NCBI RefSeq assembly: GCF_009914755.1
Contig: NC_060930.1
Direction: 5' to 3' (one strand)
DNA: 64,000 nt
Source: the human T2T-CHM13v2.0 reference genome, Homo sapiens
In this document: in pieces, positions 57,186 to 64,000 of the stretch
How the letters are laid out: every line of letters starts with the position of its first letter
How positions within the stretch are numbered: position 1 is the stretch's first letter
Notes under the pieces: generated by a model
Told to the model about the DNA's origin: nothing
Seen by the model: the letters and a program-made list of their open reading frames with translations, nothing else
Databases searched by the model: none
Position numbers and translations under genes: made by a program

Positions 57186-58009
57186 TGCTGCGCTGTTACT
57201 GAGAGACAGTGTAGGTCATGGCAGATGGAAGACTGAAAAGGGTTTGGGCTAAAAGAGGCTGCATTGGGTGATATAAAAGAACCAGCAGAACTAGAATCCA
57301 GACACTTGGAGTTGGTTGCTGAGGGCATCTTTCACTTGAGGAATCAATTTTCTTATCTGTTCACTGATGAGCTCCAAGAACCTTCAGCTCCATGTGCCTG
57401 TGGCTTTCCTCGGGAGACCACTCTTCAAGAATGAGGGACCAGGGTCCTCCACTCCTGACCACTTGCCAGCTCCATTCTTTCAGCTCTCCAACATGAAAAA
57501 GGAAGACAGGAGTATGTCCTGTCATCTGAAAGCTACACACAGAAGTTTCTAGAAAATGAAGCCTTCTCTGTCATCATTCATGTTAGGAAAAGGCAAACCT
57601 GGTTGACTTTCACTTGATTCTATTGAATTCAACAGAATCACCAAACAAACATTCTGCTAAATAGTATTTCTCTCATATCTATATATTATGAGTATTTATC
57701 TCATAATCCATGTATTTATGAATCATTTACACCTAATTCATCAAAATGCTCTGTATAAGTTGTTTGAATCCCAAGAATCCTTATAGAGGCCTTTTTCTGA
57801 GCACATAGAAATAGGAAAACAGATTTTTCCCCATCCATCTTCAATTGGCAATAACTTTTAGAGGTGCCATATTACCAGCTCTTCTGCTAGGAGGGACCAG
57901 AGTGAAACAGTGAAAAAACACAATGTGATAATAATTGCCACAATGATACTTTCACCTCACACCCAATTAGCACTTTATAATTTGCAGAGTCCTGTCAATT
58001 TCTAAACAG

Positions 58010-58690
58010 GCCCTGATTTCTCCATATCTTCTCCAATACTTGTTATTTTCCTTTTGTTTTTAAAATGAGCATCCTAATGGGCCTGAAGTGGTATCTCATG
58101 GTGGTTTTGATTTGCATTTCCCTGATGGCTGAAGTTGAACATTTTTTCATGTGCTTGTTGGCCATTTGTTTATCTTTGCAGAAATGTCTATTCAGATCTT
58201 TGGTACATTTGTTTTACTATGTTGTTGGCTATTTTATCGTTGAGTTGTAAGAGTTCTTTGTATATTCTAGATACAAATCCCTTATCAGGTATATGACTTG
58301 CAAATATCTTCTCCCATTCTGTGTGTTCCTTTTTGACTTTCTTGATTGTATGCCTTGAATTAAAAAAAATGCCTAATTTTGATGAATTCCAAGTTTATCA
58401 TTTTTTTTAATTTTTTCACCTGTGCTTTTGGTGTCATCTAAGGAGGTTTTGCCTATGCGGTCATGAATATTTACTCATCTGTTTTCTTCTAAGAGTGATA
58501 ATAGTTTCAGCTCTTATATTGAGATATATGATATATTTTGAGTTAGTTTGTGTGTGTGTGGTGTGAGGTAGGGATTCAGCTTCATTCTTTTGCATGTGGA
58601 TATCCAGTTGTCTCAGTATCAATTGTTGAAAAGACATTTCCCCCTTGGATAGTCTTGGTGCTCTTGTCAAAAACCAAATAACTGTAAATG
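58010..58690 (-). mobile_element. L1M fragment (ORF2 end / 3'UTR)
   Basis: gtggtatctcatggtggttttgatttgcatttccctgatgg; ttgcatgtggatatccagttgtctcag. Confidence 0.9.
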
Positions 58691-59793
58691 GAGCAATTGT
58701 AGTTTGAATGGAATGGGTCAGCACTTGGTGGCAGCAGGGGTCTTGGCTATGTAGTTTCATAAGCTCCCACTCCTGGAGAGCCTCTGTTTTCCTCTCAAAG
58801 CCAGGTTTTTCTGTCTCGCTGCGTTTTGGTGCCTGAAAGGCTTGGGTGGGCATGGTACCTGGAGTACTGTTGTTCGGAGCACAAAGTGAGGAGAAAAGAC
58901 CACTCTACTTTGTGGGAGGTCCTTGGGGCAGTTTGGGCAGCAGTGCCTCCCCCAGGAGTCAGGGTCCCCACCCCAGAGGAATGTCCACAGAGCAGAGCCA
59001 TTGGCCTGAGCTGGACTGAAAAAGAAAGAGCCAGGTGGGGAGAGGATTTGATTTCTCCCTTGGTCTAAAGCAGGCAGCTGACATTGGGTGAGGGAATGGG
59101 GCAGGCCTCCATGTGCTATCGGGAATCCCCAGGAGGTCCCTACAGAAAACTTCCACCCCCAGCCCAGCTTGTTTATCACAGCCCTTCAGTGGTAACTTCC
59201 TCCTGTGGCTTGATCCAAACGGGGGCTGCATATGTGGCCAAAATGCACATAACCCTGTGAGGCACAGCATAGCAGCTTATCTTCCCTGAAAGTGGAAGGA
59301 CAAAAGCAGGACAAAGATGACCAAGCCAGGGTGGGAGAGAGGGGAGGAGACACTGGAAGGGGAGGTGAAGGGGCAGACTAGGGAGGCCAGGACCAAGGCA
59401 GACTCTCATGCACCAGGCATATTCTGCCCAGCCAAGGGCTCTGGCATTCAGATGAGGGAGAGGGAGAGGAAAGAGGAGAGAATCCAGTGAGACCAATCCA
59501 TGAAGTGTCGGGAGGACCCTGGAAGCAAAGGCTCTGGACTCAGGTGGCATCAATGGGACTACCAGTTTCCAGTGAATATGTGGGAGTGGCCTAGGTCCAG
59601 CTCAATCAGAAGCCCATTTGTTCAAGGCCCTGGTATTACTGAAGGCCCAGCCCTGTCTCACCTGCCAGAAAGCACGTGGCCTCTCCCTGGCTAGGCTAAG
59701 GGCTGGTTGACGGCATCATAAAAGGAATCTGCCTGGGAGCCCTCAATTTGTTTCAGTTTCCTCCCCCAAGGCCAAGAAGGGATTGGGTTGCCT

Positions 59794-59796
59794 CTG

Positions 59797-59827
<31 letters not shown>

Positions 59828-59829
59828 TG
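59794..59829 (+). repeat. Trinucleotide repeat CTG(TTG)3(CTG)8
   Basis: Read directly; it is (CAG)8(CAA)3CAG on the minus strand. Confidence 0.96.
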
Positions 59830-60324
59830 GGGGTTGGAAAAGAGGAATTTGTGTGACCAGATCCCCTTATTGTATAGAAGAAGAGAAATGTGAGCATTCA
59901 GAGATGGTGAGATGTCAGACACCCAGCCACACAGCCAGTGAGAGACATGTTGGGGACAGGGCCAGGCCTGCCAGTTCATGGCCCAGGGGTCTTTCTCATG
60001 AGATCAACTGACCAGTGTGTCTTAGCACCTGCCATGCAAATAGAAGGCCCTACTGCTGTCATCTCCACGTATTCCAGAATTACTCAGCTGTTCTATGCAA
60101 GCCAAGTCAACACCAATGTCATAAAGGAGAGACTAAAGTAATTCTCTACACAGCACATACACGGCATATATGGCCTGTATGCTTCCTGGACAGCCAACAG
60201 GGGTGCCGAGGGAGTGAGTCCCTCAGCCTTGCCTGGAGCCTTGCTGATACTTCAGTTTGCCTCACAAACACGGTTACCTTCCATGACATGAAGGAGGCAC
60301 ACGCGGGTTGACCCCTGACCCTGT

Positions 60325-60482
60325 CTGCTTGTTAGAATCACGTCGGGAACCTGGGACAGGCTTAGAAGCCCAGGTCCCACCTCCCACCTGCTGAATCCAA
60401 ATCTCCAGAGCGTGGCCTGGGAAATCAAATTTGTCAGCTTCCTTCCCAGGGGACTTTGATACATCCACCCCAGTGGAAACCA
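60325..60482. mobile_element. MER5-like hAT MITE remnant
   Basis: ttagaatcac...cccaggtcccacc...ctgctgaatccaaatctcc...gcctgggaaatc...cccaggggactttgat. Confidence 0.55.
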
Positions 60483-60561
60483 GCAGCCTTCTTTAGTCAA
60501 GCGAATGTTTCCCTGACTGTCACCTTCTCCCCCTGTATAAGATGCAGATTGTTAGCGGTAA

Positions 60562-60828
<267 letters not shown>

Positions 60829-60982
60829 TGTCACCACTTCACTCAGGCTGCAGCCCTCTTGGGGCTCCAGGATTTGCTGAAAGAGAAAAAGATATGGTTT
60901 GTGAACTGGGGCATCAATCATCTTTTGATAAATGGATCAGTTTTAGGACTTTCAGAAAATAAAAGATCGCTCTTGAAAAGCT
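60829..60982 (+). other. FARS2: FARS2 3' UTR (end approximate)
   Basis: Runs from the stop codon to about 20 nt past AATAAA; the cleavage site is inferred. Confidence 0.8.
60958..60963 (+). terminator. Polyadenylation signal AATAAA
   Basis: Canonical hexamer about 130 nt after the stop, with a U-rich downstream element tttgtcttttattt at 60995-61008. Confidence 0.88.
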
Positions 60983-62146
60983 GTTGACATAGCATTTGTC
61001 TTTTATTTGGGGAAAGGAGGAAGGTCTTTTCCTATTCCTTTTAGAAGTGCTTTGCCCACTGGCATTGGTGCTTAGTATGGTTAATTGGTCCCTGGGTTCC
61101 ATTAAGCACCAGGCATGATTTCTTGCCTGACAGGCTCTTCCACTCAGGTAATGAGTGAAGCCACACAGAGGGACATCAGAAATTCCAGATACAATACAGG
61201 AAGCTTTTTGAATCAGCTTCCATTCCTTCCTCCCTTCTCTTCTTTTTCAGTTTTGCAAAGGGCAGGCTTCAAAGAGGGCACTAATGAAATGCCAGGGCTC
61301 TCGTCCAATGTGAAGGGAGGTGCGTCTTTCAGCCAGGGCAGGATATCTATTTGCTTTTCATAAACCCATGGCTTGGAGTCAGGCCTCTGGCCCCAGGACT
61401 TGGGCTTAGCTGCCTTCTGCCCCACTGGAGAGGAAGGAAAGGGGCGAGAGCTGCCCCAGAGTCTTGGAGGCACACAGAGGGGCCAGGTCCTCAAACTCCC
61501 TTCAAGTTTTCCCAGCAGGCAGCCTCCACTTCCAGAAGGCGACCTTTAGGGAAGAATATGGGGCTTTGATGTTCCCCCCTTTCCATCCCAGGCACTTTGT
61601 AGTCTGCCTGCCTCATTCATGACCAGTTTTAATAATCAGCTTCCATCCCTGGCATGATGCTAGAGGCTGATGGAGGGCTGCAAGTGCTGGGATAAATATT
61701 TGATGAGGAGTGGCCAGTATCAGCTAGCGGCGTGGGGGTGGGCAGCTGCTTTCCTAAGGGAAGGAACAGCTTTAATGTCATCTTACCATGTGATTAATTA
61801 GGACTCTTCCCTTGGATTTTTAAGGGAATTAAGGAAGCCATACCCCAAGTCCCACACCCAATCCTAGAACCAAACCGCTTTCTGGGGTCTTAGGGCCCAC
61901 GGGTACAATTCCCCAAGTGGATGGATCTGAGTGGGAAGGCACAATGTGATCACTGATTTCCTCTTCAGTAGCATTTGCCAGCAGGCCATTTCTGATTCAG
62001 CCTTGGGCTGCACTTCAAGATGTCCCTTTATCCCCCTGACTGGTTAGGCACTTATTAATGTTCTTTAAGAAAGCCAGCAAGGTGTATAAAATGCAAAACC
62101 ATGATGCTGTCCTGTGGCCCAGAATCTGAGCAATATTTGTCAAATA

Positions 62147-62892
62147 CAGTCACGCGTCACTTAAGGACAGCGAAACATTCTGAGAAATGCATCATAGGGG
62201 ATTTTGTCATTGTGTAAACACCATGGAGTGTACTCATACAAACCTAAACAGTATAGCATACTACACCCCTAGGCTACACGGCGTAGCCTATTGCTAGAGG
62301 CTGCAGGCGAGAGGCTACAGACCTGCACAGCATGTGGTATGGTTTGAATCCGTGTCCCCACCCAAATCTCATGATTAAATGTAAGCCCCAGTGTTGGACG
62401 AGGGGCCTAGTGGGAGGTGATTAGATCATGGAGATCAGCTTCTCATGCATGGTTTAGCACCATACGCTCAGTGCTGTTCCATGATAGTGAGTTCTCATGA
62501 GATCAGGTTGCTTAAAAATGTATAGTCCCTCCCTCCCCGCCACCCTCTTGGTCCTGCTCCTGCCATGTGAGACGCCTGCCTCCACTTTGCCTTCCGCCAT
62601 GAGGAAAGGCTCCCTGAGGCCTCCCCAGAAGCAGAAGCTGCCGTGCTTCCTGTACAGCCTGCGGAACTGTGAGCCAGTTAAACCTCTTTTCTCTATAAAT
62701 TGCCCAGTCTCATGTATTTCTTTATAGCAATGCAAGAACAGAGTAACACAGCATGTCACTGTGCTGAATACTATAGGCACTTGTAGCAAATGTTATTTGT
62801 GTCTCTAAACTGAAAAGTTATAGCAAAAATACTGTATTATCACTGTCCCCTATGCCATCTGTTGTTGACTGAAACATTGTTATGTGACGCTG
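62147..62892. mobile_element. Tigger3a-like TcMar DNA transposon (split by an MST LTR)
   Basis: TA|cagtcacgcgtcacttaa...ttctgagaaatgcatc...ttgactgaaacattgttatgtgacgctg|TA, with TA TSDs at 62145-62146 and 62893-62894. Confidence 0.88.
62335..62750 (+). mobile_element. MST (MSTA/B-like) MaLR solo LTR
   Basis: TG...CA termini (tggtatggtttg...gtaacaca) and a perfect 5-bp TSD GCATG at 62330-62334 and 62751-62755. Confidence 0.93.
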
Positions 62893-63181
62893 TATTTGTG
62901 CCAAACCCTATATTAAGGTCCTGGGGTAGGGCTGACTTTCCAAAGGGTTCACAGAGGCCTTTCTTGAACATTCCCCTCAACACTCCATGAGGTGTAATTG
63001 ACTGTTACTTAAATCTTACAAGTGAGGGAACAGAGGACTGAAGAAGTCACAGGAGTTGGCCATGACTTAAGCTATGACTTCTTCAGGCCTCTGTTCCCTT
63101 GTCTGTGACTCAAGATACATACACAGGAGGTGGCAGGCCTCACACTCAAGTCCACGGCCTCCACATTAAGAATGTCTGTCT

Positions 63182-63397
<216 letters not shown>

Positions 63398-63739
63398 TGT
63401 GTAAACAGTAGTGGGTTGACTGTAAGGTCTGTGCCTCTCTCCTGCTCCCTAGACCTTCGTTCTGTTTCTACGAGGGCTTGTGCAGAACCCCCTCAGGGTC
63501 CACTCTGACCGACCAGCACTTGTGCCAAAAGTGAGCCTTCCCTACCACCAAAGAGCCAAGGGGACATCCAGCTCTTGACTTTTTCATGTGACTTCTACAG
63601 GAGAATAAATAATGAACGAGGAAAAGAAAGGTAAATTAATCCATTAGATGAAGTCACTTTGCAGTTCAAGAAACACATGATTCCCAAAGGAAGGACAGCC
63701 TGGTGACCAATACCAGCACTATGGCTATGACCCTCCAGG

Positions 63740-63880
63740 AGGCCCAGTTTCCTCCTTTGTCAAATGGGGATGATAATATCGCCCACTGCAGAGGCTGTGG
63801 TGAGGGCTGTGTAAGACATCGCATACTGCACTTGCCGCAGAACCCAGCACCTGATAAGCCATCAAGAAGGGTCACTGCTC
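63740..63880 (+). mobile_element. MIR fragment
   Basis: cccagtttcctcctttgtcaaatggggatgataata...ggctgtggtgagg. Confidence 0.7.
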
Positions 63881-64000
63881 TGATCATTATTCAGGGAGAA
63901 AACAATGGAAGTGTGAACCATCCAAACTGGAACAGATCCCACAGGGCATCCACATGTCCCCCCGGTCTATACCCGAGGACACTGAAGTACAAAGAGACAA

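Noticed and set aside
59743-59979. Minus-strand ORF with a 12-Gln tract (also poly-Ser and poly-Ala frames)
   Set aside because: It is a translation of the CTG/CAG microsatellite, with no splice, promoter or homology support.

Overview
Primate (very likely human) genomic DNA, not microbial: it is dense in Alu, L1, L2, MIR, MaLR/ERVL LTR and hAT/Tigger DNA-transposon relics. The only coding sequence I can support is the terminal exon of FARS2 (mitochondrial phenylalanyl-tRNA synthetase, 6p25.1) on the + strand. It has an acceptor AG at 60688-60689, CDS 60690-60828 (..[45 protein letters not shown]), a short 3'UTR and AATAAA at 60958-60963. Bases 1-60689 are the distal part of the very long last intron, and about 61000-64000 is 3' flank. 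The other ORFs in the track look like chance or repeat-derived frames. I found no new multi-gene system. The items worth a second look are non-coding: an intronic CTG repeat about 0.86 kb upstream of the last exon, a strong CTCF motif, several motif-dense candidate enhancers (NFI palindrome, ARE, ISRE, ETS triplet plus TATA), perfect short tandem triplications, microsatellites grown from Alu tails, nested transposon insertions with readable target-site duplications (TSDs), and two speculative frame-preserving cryptic exons. Repeat subfamily names come from recalled consensus sequences and their boundaries are approximate.
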